Positions 8,747 to 18,542 of a stretch of DNA of 64,000 nucleotides are shown piece by piece. This DNA comes from Candidatus Kaiserbacteria bacterium (lineage in GTDB: Bacteria > Patescibacteriota > Minisyncoccia > Phycocordibacterales > Phycocordibacteraceae): the NCBI GenBank assembly GCA_026396675.1, contig JAPLWI010000014.1:376-64375 (forward strand), given 5' to 3'. The translations under genes and the position numbers were made by a program. The notes under the pieces were generated by a model. The model was not told the origin of the DNA, ran no database searches, and saw only the letters and a program-made list of their open reading frames with translations. The first letter of the stretch is position 1; each line of letters starts with the position of its first letter.

Positions 8747-9538
8747 TCAAGTGAGTTCAGCGAATATCGGGTGATGATCGGAACCGTAACGATCAGAAAT
8801 AACTTCTGTATTTTTAATTGAAAATGAGTTCGAAACGAGAATATGATCAAGTTGACTTCGCGAAAGCGGATGGGTGATTCTGCCGGAGAGTGCATTCGTC
8901 AACTCGTATTCTACAAAATGTTTTTCAATAACAGTACGCTCACGATGATGAAAAAAAACATCGCTGAAGCGGCCGCCGAGAAGCCAATTGATTGGCGTAA
9001 TATGCAGTTTTTCTAGAATATTAAAATCACCGCAGACGATAGTCGGTAATTGTGGGTCTTTTTGAAGCATTGCATATTTAAACTCTTCTTTACGAATGTT
9101 CGGGTGCATTAGTGGTAGGTGGAGATTAAAAACACGTACACAGCCATACCCTGGTATATTAGTGTCGACACAAAGTGCGTGACGGTTTCCTAATCCTTTC
9201 ACCCAGATTTGTAAATCTTGAAGGCCATACATTATTCGTGCAACGAAACGACTACGCAACGGTAATGTGGGTTCATAGTGTTTCAACGGTATGGCGTTTG
9301 ATCGAATTATTGGATATTTAGAAAGGGTTGCGTTAAAAATAGTCGTATGTTTACCGCGAGAAATTAAATTGCTTTCGGACGCATATGTTAAGTGATGTAG
9401 CGACGTCTTCAGCCGTTCTAGAAATTCTTTAGAAACTTCCTGCAGACAAAAAATATCAAAATCGCTCTGTTCGATAAATTCAAATGCGCGATCAAGATCG
9501 CGGTTACTATATAGCATATTCCAAGAGTAGATTTTCAT
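8747..9538 (-). CDS. Endonuclease/exonuclease/phosphatase (EEP) family protein
   Basis: SWN, DIFCLQEV, NLHL, GDFN, LDHIL and SDHHP motifs; ATGA overlap with dprA. Confidence 0.9.
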   Translation of the reverse strand: MKIYSWNMLYSNRDLDRAFEFIEQSDFDIFCLQEVSKEFLERLKTSLHHLTYASESNLISRGKHTTIFNATLSKYPIIRSNAIPLKHYEPTLPLRSRFVARIMYGLQDLQIWVKGLGNRHALCVDTNIPGYGCVRVFNLHLPLMHPNIRKEEFKYAMLQKDPQLPTIVCGDFNILEKLHITPINWLLGGRFSDVFFHHRERTVIEKHFVEYELTNALSGRITHPLSRSQLDHILVSNSFSIKNTEVISDRYGSDHHPIFAELT

Positions 9539-10389
9539 ATTCTGTGCCATGCGCCGAATTCTTCGCGGACGAGTCCACGCAGTTCGAGCGCGACGAGTGC
9601 TGTTAGTGCCTCACCGGCTCCAGCATCACTTTCTCGTAAGATCTCATCGCGTGTTTTTGGCTCTTCAAGCATATTCCAAATCACGAGTTCAGCATTTTCT
9701 AAGTCAGTCGGTGCCGCTGTCGTGCCTATTTCGCGCGGCGGAATGTGAAGCGCCTCAAGAATGTGAAGCGGTTCGCAGACGAGCGCGGCGCCAAGACGGA
9801 CGAAGAGGTGCGGACCGAAGGAGTGCGGATCGCCAATACGATGGGGAATACAGAGCAGGTCGCGATTATATTCACTCGCGAGGCGCGCAGTGATCAGCGT
9901 GCCGGATTTCTCACCTGCCTCAATAACCAGTACCGCATCTGCGAGCCCTACCATCAGGCGATTACGTTCGGGGAAGTAGTGTATATGTGAGGCCTGGTCA
10001 GGCGCATATTCAGAAATGAATCCGCCGCCTTTTTCTAAAATTTCTTTTGCGAATGCGCGATTGCTTCTCGGATACAAAACATCGTCACCGAGGCCGGAGC
10101 CCGGCACGACGAGTGTATGAAGCCCAGCATCAAGCGCCGCCTTATGTGCGCAAGTATCAACTCCGAGTGCGAGTCCGCTCACAATAGATATCGGATAACC
10201 AGCGAGACCAGAAATAAGTTTTTGACACGCCTCCTGTCCGTAGCGCGTCATCGCTCGGCTCCCGACAACCGTTAAAAATTTCGTTCCTGCTGGCGGCAAC
10301 GTACCGCGCGCCCACAGCTTCTTCGGCTGTTGCGGTATTTCCAATAATTGTTTCGGCCACTCCTTTTTCGGCAGTTCTCGAATTTCCAT
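9535..10389 (-). CDS. dprA: DNA-processing protein DprA
   Basis: VVGSR, IVSGLALGVD, FPERNRLMVGL, EAGEKSGTLITA and a C-terminal winged helix. Confidence 0.95.
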   Translation of the reverse strand: MEIRELPKKEWPKQLLEIPQQPKKLWARGTLPPAGTKFLTVVGSRAMTRYGQEACQKLISGLAGYPISIVSGLALGVDTCAHKAALDAGLHTLVVPGSGLGDDVLYPRSNRAFAKEILEKGGGFISEYAPDQASHIHYFPERNRLMVGLADAVLVIEAGEKSGTLITARLASEYNRDLLCIPHRIGDPHSFGPHLFVRLGAALVCEPLHILEALHIPPREIGTTAAPTDLENAELVIWNMLEEPKTRDEILRESDAGAGEALTALVALELRGLVREEFGAWHRI

Positions 10390-10484
10390 TTATGTATTAT
10401 AAAGCAAAAATTTTAGGTATTGACTTTTGGTGAAGTTAGGTATAAATTGCGTGCAGAAGTTATTTCAAGAACATGGAGGTTTGA

Positions 10485-10739
10485 ATGGTTATTAAAAAAG
10501 AAATTCCTATCAAGTGTAAAGGACGAAATCTTTTTCGTGCAGAAGTCCTTGCAGAAGCACAGAATATAGATGTAATTATTCTTGCCTCCAAAGGAGGGGA
10601 TAGTATCTCCATCAGCGTCAAATGTCCTCACAGTGTTGGAAACCCCAATCAGATGTGTGCTGCCTCGTTGCCTTTGAATAAAAAAATAGGTACGAGCATT
10701 CCGTGTGCATTTTGTCTCGATCTTTGCCCATCATATTAA
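10485..10739 (+). CDS. Small Cys-containing orphan protein
   Basis: Has its own TTGACT promoter (10420), a GGAGG SD and a downstream terminator; no recognisable family. Confidence 0.6.
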   Translation: MVIKKEIPIKCKGRNLFRAEVLAEAQNIDVIILASKGGDSISISVKCPHSVGNPNQMCAASLPLNKKIGTSIPCAFCLDLCPSY

Positions 10740-10741
10740 AT

Positions 10742-10802
10742 CGCCCGCCGCAGAAGCTGCCAACCGGCACACTTCTCGGTGGGCGGTTTCTGTTTTTATA
10801 CA
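10742..10802 (+). terminator. Intrinsic terminator, 3' 23 nt identical to that at 23171-23193
   Basis: CGCCCGCCG...CGGTGGGCG hairpin followed by GTTTCTGTTTTT. Confidence 0.75.
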
Positions 10803-10836
10803 CAAAATGACATGGCGGGTGATATACTAAACCGGT

Positions 10837-12105
10837 ATGCTCGACATTAAATTTATTCGGGAGAACGCTGACATCGTGAAAGCGGGCGCGGTAAAGAAAC
10901 ATATTGAAGTAGATATTGATAAACTGCTTGCAGTTGATGATGAACGCAAACGAATTCGTCAAGAACTTGACGCGAAACGCGCGGAGCAGATTCGCAGAAG
11001 TAATGAAATGCCGCGCATGAAAGATTTAGAACGCGAGAAATTGCTTGATGCTATGCAACAGCTAAAAGCTGGTATGGCTGAAGAAGAAGAGCGATTAAAG
11101 AAAGTGATGATTGAGTGGCAGCAGTTGATGCTCACCGTGCCGAACATCCCAGACATGTCTGTGCCAGACGGCGAGAGCGACGCCGATAATCTGGAAGTTA
11201 AGAAATATGGCACTGCAACAGAATTTTCATTCACGCCGAAAAACCATGTTGATCTGACGGAAGCGCTTGATATTGCTGATTTCCAGCGCGGTTCGAAAGT
11301 CGCCGGATTCCGCGGCTATTTCTTAAAGGGCGACGGAGTACTGCTCGCGAATGCCGTGTGGCAATTAGCGCTTAAACATTTTTCTGCAAAAGAAATGACT
11401 CTTATGAGCGTGCCGTCCCTCGTGCGCCGCGAATCATTTATGGGTACCGGCTACTTACCGCAGGGCGAAGAAGATCTGTATAAAACGCAAGACGGTGAAT
11501 TTCTCGCCGGCACCGCTGAAGTTGCGACGATGGGATATCACATGAACGAAACGCTTGACGCAGATACATTCCCAATAAAATTTCTTTCGTTCTCGCCGTG
11601 CTTTCGTCGCGAGGCCGGTGCTCACGGGAAGGATGTCTGCGGTCTCATTCGCGTGCACGAATTTTTCAAATGGGAGCAAGTCATTCTCTGTAAGGCGGAA
11701 CACGACGAGTCAGTTCGTCTGCACGAGTGGATAAATCGCAACACAGAAGAATTTGTTGAGCTTCTGAAGATTCCATATCACACGGTCGCGAATTGCGGTG
11801 GCGATCTCGGTCTAGGACAAGTTAAGAAATATGATATTGAGCTCTGGGTTCCGGGAGAAAATAAATATCGCGAAATAAGTTCGGCATCATATTTCCACGA
11901 TTTCCAAACGCGTCGGCTTAATATCCGCTACCGCGATAATGAAGGGAATATGCGTTTTCCCCATTCCCTTAATTCCACGGCCATTCCAACGCCGCGGATA
12001 CTAGTTTCTATAATTGAGAATTATCAACAAGCGGACGGTACGATTAAAGTGCCCGACGCTCTCGTGCCGTATGTCGGGAAGAATTTCATCGGCGGAGCGA
12101 AGTAG
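10837..12105 (+). CDS. serS: Serine--tRNA ligase
   Basis: MLDIKFIREN, GTAEV, CFRREAG, GLIRVHEF, EISSAS and HSLNST. Confidence 0.97.
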   Translation: MLDIKFIRENADIVKAGAVKKHIEVDIDKLLAVDDERKRIRQELDAKRAEQIRRSNEMPRMKDLEREKLLDAMQQLKAGMAEEEERLKKVMIEWQQLMLTVPNIPDMSVPDGESDADNLEVKKYGTATEFSFTPKNHVDLTEALDIADFQRGSKVAGFRGYFLKGDGVLLANAVWQLALKHFSAKEMTLMSVPSLVRRESFMGTGYLPQGEEDLYKTQDGEFLAGTAEVATMGYHMNETLDADTFPIKFLSFSPCFRREAGAHGKDVCGLIRVHEFFKWEQVILCKAEHDESVRLHEWINRNTEEFVELLKIPYHTVANCGGDLGLGQVKKYDIELWVPGENKYREISSASYFHDFQTRRLNIRYRDNEGNMRFPHSLNSTAIPTPRILVSIIENYQQADGTIKVPDALVPYVGKNFIGGAK

Positions 12106-12907
12106 CTTGCCCGGTAAGGGCACAGGGCTCGCTGCGCGACGACGCCGAAGGCGTCGTCGCTGGGTTATCGCATTTGCCATACTACTCTTGTTCATGCTTG
12201 CTGCGGCTGTGTACGGTCTCCAACAAAATGCCGTGCGTATTTCTGAAGTAAAGATATTCGGTTCAGGGCAATCACTCTCGACTGCAGTTCTTGCAGAGAT
12301 GCAAGGAAAATATTTCGGCATCGTGCCGCGCAATTCCATATTCTTTTTCCCCGCCTCAAAAATTCGCGCCAATCTACTTAAAGAAAATATAGATCTGGTC
12401 GCTGTTTCAATCTTTCGAAATGGACTTACTGGGCTTTCGATTAAAGTGGACTATCGCGTTCCAATTGCGCGTTGGTGCGGTTCGACACCGGACATCACGA
12501 GGTTGAACCTCGTGTCAGATTGTTACCTTTTTGACACAAAAGGATTTATTTTTGGTACAACCAGTGCGATGTCTCCCATAAATTCTTTTTTCGTGTACGA
12601 ATCAGTACCGCAGGCGGATTCTCCAATCGGTTTAACACTTCCAAATGCGGAAAAACTTCCTGCCGCTTTTAATTTCGCACGGCAACTCCAATCGTTCGGC
12701 TCGCCGGTTTCTTCAATCGTTTTCCGTGCGGATGAAGTTGACGATTATATCGCAAGCGGTACGCGCGTCACCTATCTGCTCGGCGATGAACAAAATGCGT
12801 TTACCGCTCTTATTTCTGCGCGCGACGATCTAAATCTCTCTGACGGTTCGATTCAATACGTTGACCTGCGATTCAATGGGAAGGTGTATCTAAAAAAGAA
12901 AGAATGA
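12071..12907 (+). CDS. FtsQ/DivIB-like membrane protein
   Basis: Basic N-terminus, one TM helix, a POTRA-like region and the C-terminal YVDLRFNGKVY typical of FtsQ. Start uncertain. Confidence 0.65.
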   Translation: MSGRISSAERSSLPGKGTGLAARRRRRRRRWVIAFAILLLFMLAAAVYGLQQNAVRISEVKIFGSGQSLSTAVLAEMQGKYFGIVPRNSIFFFPASKIRANLLKENIDLVAVSIFRNGLTGLSIKVDYRVPIARWCGSTPDITRLNLVSDCYLFDTKGFIFGTTSAMSPINSFFVYESVPQADSPIGLTLPNAEKLPAAFNFARQLQSFGSPVSSIVFRADEVDDYIASGTRVTYLLGDEQNAFTALISARDDLNLSDGSIQYVDLRFNGKVYLKKKE

Positions 12908-13902
12908 CATCATTTTGGAATCAATTGCCGAAACCATTTTTTGCGATGGCGCCGATGAAAGATGTGACCGACGTAGCATTCCGCACCGTCGTTGCTCGGC
13001 GCGGGAAACCAGATGTGTTTTGGACAGAATTTGTGTCGGCAGATGGTCTTTCCCATGCTGTGCCTTCGCTTTTACGAGATTTACAATTCAATAAAGAAGA
13101 ACACCCTATCGTTGCGCAGATATTCTCTAGCAAGCCGGAGATGATTGCATACGCGACGAAACTAGTTGCGCAGTTGGGATTTGACGGAGTTGACCTCAAT
13201 ATGGGATGTCCAGACCGTGCAATTGAGAAGCAGGGCGCGGGTGCCGCGCTGATGAAAAATCCTAAACTCGCTGTTGAAATCATCAGAGCGGCAAAAGAGG
13301 CAAGCGATTTACCAGTGTCGGTTAAAACGCGTGTTGGCTACAGTAAAGAGTCACTAGACGAGTGGTTGCCAATTCTTCTTGAAGCAGAACCAGCCGCGAT
13401 TACGATTCACCTGCGTACACGAAAAGAATTGTCGCTCGTTCCAGCCGATTGGGAATTGATGAAAAAGGCAGTAGCAATCCGTAATCGCATCAATCCGAAC
13501 GTGTTACTCATCGGCAATGGCGATGTTGGAAGTTTAGAAGAAGGGAGGCGGCTTGCCGCAGAGACCGGATGCGATGGAATAATGATTGGTCGCGCAGTAT
13601 TCGGCAATCCGTGGGTATTCGAGCGCATTTCAGGACTTCGTAAATCCTCCTCTGAATTTGGATTTACGAAGTCCCAACATTCCGAACATGGGCTAGATGA
13701 AAAATTAGAAGCGCTTCTCGAACTCGCCCAAGAATTTGAAAAAATAACTCCGCCCAAAAACTTTTCAATTCTCAAAAAACACATCAAAGCATTCGTCACC
13801 GGTTTCTCCGGCGCCGCCGAACTGCGTGCGAAATTGATGATGGCGAATAACGCTACTGAACTGAAGGGATTGATAGAAATGGAAAAGGGCGCTCATCAAT
13901 AA
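12904..13902 (+). CDS. dus: tRNA-dihydrouridine synthase
   Basis: MAPM, DLNMGCP, GAGAALM, VSVKTR, GNGDV and MIGR. Confidence 0.93.
   Translation: MTSFWNQLPKPFFAMAPMKDVTDVAFRTVVARRGKPDVFWTEFVSADGLSHAVPSLLRDLQFNKEEHPIVAQIFSSKPEMIAYATKLVAQLGFDGVDLNMGCPDRAIEKQGAGAALMKNPKLAVEIIRAAKEASDLPVSVKTRVGYSKESLDEWLPILLEAEPAAITIHLRTRKELSLVPADWELMKKAVAIRNRINPNVLLIGNGDVGSLEEGRRLAAETGCDGIMIGRAVFGNPWVFERISGLRKSSSEFGFTKSQHSEHGLDEKLEALLELAQEFEKITPPKNFSILKKHIKAFVTGFSGAAELRAKLMMANNATELKGLIEMEKGAHQ
13633..13674. repeat. Palindromic element family A, copy 2 (in frame in dus)
   Basis: GGACTTCGTAAATCC-12 nt-GGATTTACGAAGTCC, encoding GLRKSSSEFGFTKS. Confidence 0.85.
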
Positions 13903-13908
13903 GCGCCC
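13887..13908 (-). terminator. Terminator between dus and the convergent orphan gene
   Basis: GGGCGCT/AGCGCCC stem with a T-run on the minus strand. Confidence 0.6.
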
Positions 13909-13925
13909 CTTATTCGCATACTCGG

Positions 13926-14198
13926 CTACAAGACGATCTCTACTGTGTCGGCCTCAACGAGAGCAAAGAAAAGTTCTTCTTTTAATATTCTGTGGGCGAT
14001 TCTTACTTCTTCCTCATCACATCCTCGCAGGATGATGCCTGGTCTCTCACCGAGATGGTGCGGCTTAATGCCGCTCAAGAAAGGCAGGTCTGGAAAATAA
14101 AAGAATCTTGGCACGATTCCGACTCCAGTGAGATGCATCTCTACTTGTTTGCTCTCATCCTCAGGAAATTTTCCTCCAACAACAAGAACGATTATCAT
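13926..14198 (-). CDS. Orphan hypothetical protein
   Basis: TTGACA promoter at 14258-14263 and a GGAGGAGG SD before ATG 14198. Confidence 0.6.
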   Translation of the reverse strand: MIIVLVVGGKFPEDESKQVEMHLTGVGIVPRFFYFPDLPFLSGIKPHHLGERPGIILRGCDEEEVRIAHRILKEELFFALVEADTVEIVL

Positions 14199-14304
14199 GT
14201 TTATCACCTCCTCCAAAGATTCAAATCTGTCGGCATGATTACATATTGAATAGCATTTGTCAAATTAACTACCTTCTACAACCTGTACACTGTATACTTT
14301 CACC

Positions 14305-15399
14305 ATGGCGCATCAGTCACTCTACCGAATACACAGGCCAGCGACATTCGCGGAGGTGGTAGGGCAGGAGCAGGTAACAAAGCCGCTAGAAGAAGCGGTG
14401 AAGACAAACAAGATCGGACACGCATATCTCTTTGCCGGCACGCGAGGGTTAGGGAAGACCAGTGTCGCGCGCATTTTCGCGAGTGCAATCGGTTGTACCG
14501 AACGCGATTTATATGAAGTTGACGCCGCGAGCAATAACAGCGTTGAGGATATCCGTGTGCTCACGGAAGGTGTTTATACATTGCCATTTCAATCGCCCTA
14601 CAAAGTTTACATCCTTGATGAAGTGCACATGCTCTCTAAGTCAGCGTGGAATGCATTTCTTAAAACGCTTGAAGAGCCGCCCGCGCACGCAGTCTTCATC
14701 CTCGCGACAACTGAATTGGAAAAAGTTCCGGAAACAGTTCAATCGCGTTGTCAGGTTTTTGAATTCAAGAAGCCGACGCGAGCCGTGCTCGCTAAGATGA
14801 CCGCGGCGGTCGCGAAGAAAGAAGGGTACACGCTCGCGCCAGACGCAGCCGACCTCGTCGCGATGCTAGCTGAAGGTTCATATCGCGATGCGCTGTCTGT
14901 TTTGCAGAAAGTACTTTCTGTTTCTGAAGATTGCAGTCATAAACAAAATTATGAAACCCACAAAAAAGGTGGAGAAGGGTCAGGAGTTTATCCAAGAAAA
15001 AGCGAGTTGACGCGAGAAGACGTGGAGAACATGACAGGAGCTCCGCGCCGCGAACAAGTGTATTCACTCATTTCTGCACTAGCAGAAGGCGACAGAGGAG
15101 CTTCTTTAACAGCGATTGAAAAAACTGCACAATCAAGCGCCGACATGAAGCTCTTTTTGGAACTTGTGCTTGAAGCTCTGCGCGCGACGCTTCTTATTCG
15201 CTACGCGCCCGACCTCCGCGCCTCGCTCCTCGCAGAGCTGGGCGCGGACGAATTCGCCGCGCTTGAAAAATTTGCCGCAGGCAGAGGCATCACGCACACA
15301 ACAATGCTTGCATTCCTTACCGCCGCCGAACGCATCCGCTATGCGCCAATTCCTGCACTTCCGCTTGAACTTGCGGTCTTGGAACTCTTTCCTGAATAA
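14305..15399 (+). CDS. dnaX: DNA polymerase III subunit gamma/tau (short form)
   Basis: HAYLFAGTRGLGKTS, ILDEVHML, LKTLEEPP and SRCQ. Confidence 0.95.
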   Translation: MAHQSLYRIHRPATFAEVVGQEQVTKPLEEAVKTNKIGHAYLFAGTRGLGKTSVARIFASAIGCTERDLYEVDAASNNSVEDIRVLTEGVYTLPFQSPYKVYILDEVHMLSKSAWNAFLKTLEEPPAHAVFILATTELEKVPETVQSRCQVFEFKKPTRAVLAKMTAAVAKKEGYTLAPDAADLVAMLAEGSYRDALSVLQKVLSVSEDCSHKQNYETHKKGGEGSGVYPRKSELTREDVENMTGAPRREQVYSLISALAEGDRGASLTAIEKTAQSSADMKLFLELVLEALRATLLIRYAPDLRASLLAELGADEFAALEKFAAGRGITHTTMLAFLTAAERIRYAPIPALPLELAVLELFPE

Positions 15400-15425
15400 A
15401 AACAACTGTGGTATTGTTCTCTCAT

Positions 15426-15498
15426 TGGGGAGTGGTGTAATTGGTAACACGCCTGCCTTTGGAGCAGGAGACTCTAGGATCGTCCCCTAGCTCCCCAG
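15426..15498 (+). tRNA. tRNA-Gln(TTG) with a non-canonical T loop
   Basis: Acceptor TGGGGAG/CTCCCCA, anticodon arm CCTGC-ctTTGga-GCAGG, T arm CTAGG-ATCGTCC-CCTAG. Confidence 0.9.
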
Positions 15499-15590
15499 CA
15501 ACTGAGCAAGAGCGAAGGCGCACTGAGCTCAGCAGAGCGAATGTGCTAACTTGAGATAGGTTCGGATTCCGAGTACCATATATCTCACAT

Positions 15591-16172
15591 ATGATTGGAA
15601 AATTATTCAAAGCCCATGGAGTGTTCTGGGAACCACAGAACACCATGTACGGGGAAACGTTCCTGGGCGATAATCCTTTCTGCTCAAACGAAACGTGCAG
15701 GTCGCTCTTGACTCAAGCCAACTTAGGATCTGACAAAACAGGACATTACATATACGGATGGCTTTGCACGAATTGTGGCAAAGAGTACCCGTGTCCTGGA
15801 AATGATTACCAAGAATTGGCAAGGAAGGTGAATCGAATATACGAAGGCTACAAAAGGTTGAATTATCAGGTTTATTCATTAGACCTCCCACCAACCAAAG
15901 TTAAGGAGGATGCGGAGGATGAGAACTATTGGGTTCAGGCAAGAATAAGTGAAAAGAACGGAAAGAGAATGGCAGTTGTGTATTTTGGTGAGAGAGTGAA
16001 GGGGAAGCAAACCCAAGAAGACTATGTTCAGGTATTTTTGGATTTCGAGGACGAACAGCTCCGTTTTGACAAAACAAACAAGAATCCAATGAAGTTATTA
16101 GGCAAACTAACTGCTGAGTTCCCAGAATCGAGCGTCACTTTGGAGTCTAAGAAGTCCAAGAAAAACGACTAG
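15591..16172 (+). CDS. Hypothetical protein with a possible Zn ribbon
   Basis: CSNETC...CTNC motifs in an intact 193-aa ORF downstream of tRNA-Gln. Confidence 0.65.
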   Translation: MIGKLFKAHGVFWEPQNTMYGETFLGDNPFCSNETCRSLLTQANLGSDKTGHYIYGWLCTNCGKEYPCPGNDYQELARKVNRIYEGYKRLNYQVYSLDLPPTKVKEDAEDENYWVQARISEKNGKRMAVVYFGERVKGKQTQEDYVQVFLDFEDEQLRFDKTNKNPMKLLGKLTAEFPESSVTLESKKSKKND

Positions 16173-16286
16173 TCCGAGGTGCGTCACCTTGAATCTGAGG
16201 AAATCGCTGGGAAACCTTTGTGGTGCCTCACGGTACAATGTTCGAAATCGAGGAGGCCAGCCACGTAATCGGGTTATACTAATCTG

Positions 16287-16526
16287 ATGAACAAATCATT
16301 TATAGAAATTCTTGGATGGTACGGGATGGCGGCTATCGTCCTCGCGTACGCACTCGTGAGTTTCTCTTTTCTCGCGACCAATTCGATATGGTACCAACTG
16401 TTGAATGGCACAGGAGCCGTTGGAATAGTCGTTGTTTCTTTAGATAAAAAGGCCTACCAGCCCGGCGTGCTGAATATTATCTGGGCGTTGATTGCCGTAA
16501 TTGCGATCTTCAACATTTTGCGTTAA
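16287..16526 (+). CDS. Small three-TM membrane protein (CBU_0592-like)
   Basis: GWYG...AY...YQLLN..GA...AYQP..LNIIW pattern. Confidence 0.7.
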   Translation: MNKSFIEILGWYGMAAIVLAYALVSFSFLATNSIWYQLLNGTGAVGIVVVSLDKKAYQPGVLNIIWALIAVIAIFNILR

Positions 16527-16731
16527 GCCCGTAAGGTGTCACCTCGCGCAGGTTGTAGAGCATCATTGAAAACCAGATTAGAAAAGAGCCGAGGCCTACG
16601 ATAAAGAAAGTGGCGGCAATTTGAAAATAAATTTGTGCGGGTGGGCCGCCTATCCAGATGAACGTAAGGATTAAACTAGCACATCCGACAAGACAGACGA
16701 GGAATACGCGAAAAATTGCTTTTTCAATCAT
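16510..16731 (-). CDS. Small two-TM hypothetical protein
   Basis: Hydrophobic MIEKAIFRVF... segment of the 16510-16962 ORF; the tail reads through a repeat. Confidence 0.5.
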   Translation of the reverse strand: MIEKAIFRVFLVCLVGCASLILTFIWIGGPPAQIYFQIAATFFIVGLGSFLIWFSMMLYNLREVTPYGLNAKC

Positions 16732-16800
16732 ATAAGTAAGAACAGCATTTCCCCGAAGGAGGTTACTGGATACTTGCGTTAGGCATTGTATAATCACCCA

Positions 16801-17373
16801 ATGAGGAAGCGAATTATTATTGTTCACGGATGGGACGAGTCGCTCAGTGATTGTGATTGGGAAGGGTGGGCTACAGAAGCGTTCCGTGCGAAAGGATACG
16901 AAGTGATTACTCCAGAAATGCCCGATACAGAGAATCCAGTTATTGAAAAATGGGTGAATCATTTAAAATCAGTTACAGGAGCGGTAGATAAAGACACTTA
17001 TTTCATCGGGCACAGCATCGGTTGCCAGACGATTATGCGTTTTCTTGAAACGGTTGATACGAAAGTCGGTGGGGCGATATTTGTCGCCGGATGGTTTAAT
17101 TTAAAAAATCTAGAAAGCAAAGAAGAGGAAGAAGTAGCAAAACCGTGGATTGAAACGCCGATTGATTTTGCAAAAGTAAAAAAGAATCTTGTTCATTCTG
17201 TCGCCGTTCTCGGAGACAACGATCCATTCGTCCCATACAAAGAGACGAAAAATGACTTTGAAACGCGACTTGGTTCTGAAGTTATTACCATTTCTGGCGC
17301 TGGGCACTTCACTTCTGACGATGGTTTTAAGTCATTCCCGCAATTAATTGAGATTTTTGAGGGTCATTTTTGA
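16801..17373 (+). CDS. Alpha/beta hydrolase, YdeN/RBBP9 family
   Basis: VHGW, GHSIG, DNDPFVP and AGHF. Confidence 0.88.
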   Translation: MRKRIIIVHGWDESLSDCDWEGWATEAFRAKGYEVITPEMPDTENPVIEKWVNHLKSVTGAVDKDTYFIGHSIGCQTIMRFLETVDTKVGGAIFVAGWFNLKNLESKEEEEVAKPWIETPIDFAKVKKNLVHSVAVLGDNDPFVPYKETKNDFETRLGSEVITISGAGHFTSDDGFKSFPQLIEIFEGHF

Positions 17374-17414
17374 GGGTGTATACTAAAGCCATTACTCACC
17401 AATTTAGCGTTGAT

Positions 17415-18542
17415 ATGAAAAAAGTATTAGGGTGCGCGTTTCTGGTGTCCGTTCTTGCAATACCGTTGGTTTCGTCTGCAGCAGATTTTCGTTTTGGAAA
17501 ACAGACCTCAATTGAAGCGAATGAGACGGTAGCCACAAACGCCTACCTCGGGGGAGGTAGTGTGGTAAGTGCCGGACCGGTCTCTGGCGATGTACTCGCC
17601 GGTGGCGGCAACGTGTTCGTAAATGGCGCCGTCGGAGGAGATGTTTTCGCCGGTGGCGGTAATGTTATCGTGCTTTCAAATGTCGTTGGTGATGTGCGCG
17701 TCGGCGGAGGCACTGTCATCACGCAAGGCAAAATCGGCGGAGATCTTATTGCTGGCGGCGGGCAGGTAACCGTCGGCGGTCCTGGTATTGGAGGCGATGC
17801 GGCAATCGGAGGAGGATCGGTTCGTATTGACGCCCCAATCGCAGGGAACGCTCGGATTGCCGGCAACGATGTGTACCTAAATGCGCCAATTAAAGGCGAT
17901 ATTTTTGTTCAAGCGAATACATTAACGCTTGGGAAGTCGGCAGTTATTTCTGGCAATTTAAGCTACAAGGCATCTAAGGAACTGGTGAAAGAAGATGGGG
18001 CGATTGTAAATGGACACATAAGTTTTGAACCGCGCGTAGAGCAGAAAGCCACCGCCGTTGGCATCGCCGCAATAATTTCTATTTGGGTTCTCATGAAATT
18101 CTTAGCGCTCTTTGTATGTGCGTTGATTGTTGGGCTCACATTCAAGCGCTACAGCAAGGCGGTCATCAAAAAAGCAGCTGAGCGTCCGTGGTTTGAGATT
18201 GGGAAAGGTCTCGTAGCGTTTATCGTGTTCCCAGTAGCCTCGATACTTTGCCTCGTAACGCTCGTGGGTATTCCGTTCGGTATTCTTGGGCTGTTCGGTT
18301 TTGCGGTCACGCTCATCTTCATGTGGATTATGATGCCAATTGTTGTAGGAAGCGTGATCTATCGTTACTTCACAAAAAGAGAATTGGAAGTATCTTGGAA
18401 AACGGTGCTTCTGGGTGCGTTCGTGTGCATCGTTCTTGGAATTATTCCATTCATCGGATGGTTTATGTTGTTGCTAATCTCTTTGCTTTCTCTTGGTGCC
18501 ATTGTCACGGTTGAGTGGGAGATATGGAAGGAGTGGAGATAG
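17415..18542 (+). CDS. Beta-helix (bactofilin-like) repeat membrane protein
   Basis: Signal peptide, repeated GDV-x-AGGG-x-V units, then about 6 TM helices. Confidence 0.7.
   Translation: MKKVLGCAFLVSVLAIPLVSSAADFRFGKQTSIEANETVATNAYLGGGSVVSAGPVSGDVLAGGGNVFVNGAVGGDVFAGGGNVIVLSNVVGDVRVGGGTVITQGKIGGDLIAGGGQVTVGGPGIGGDAAIGGGSVRIDAPIAGNARIAGNDVYLNAPIKGDIFVQANTLTLGKSAVISGNLSYKASKELVKEDGAIVNGHISFEPRVEQKATAVGIAAIISIWVLMKFLALFVCALIVGLTFKRYSKAVIKKAAERPWFEIGKGLVAFIVFPVASILCLVTLVGIPFGILGLFGFAVTLIFMWIMMPIVVGSVIYRYFTKRELEVSWKTVLLGAFVCIVLGIIPFIGWFMLLLISLLSLGAIVTVEWEIWKEWR

Noticed and set aside
10742-10790. Integron attC sites at orphan gene ends
   Set aside because: The hairpins lack RYYYAAC/GTTRRRY boxes and no intI is present.
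17543-17866. Pro-rich antisense ORF, and other shadow ORFs opposite core genes
   Set aside because: They mirror Gly-rich or ordinary codons of the real genes on the other strand and have no independent signals.
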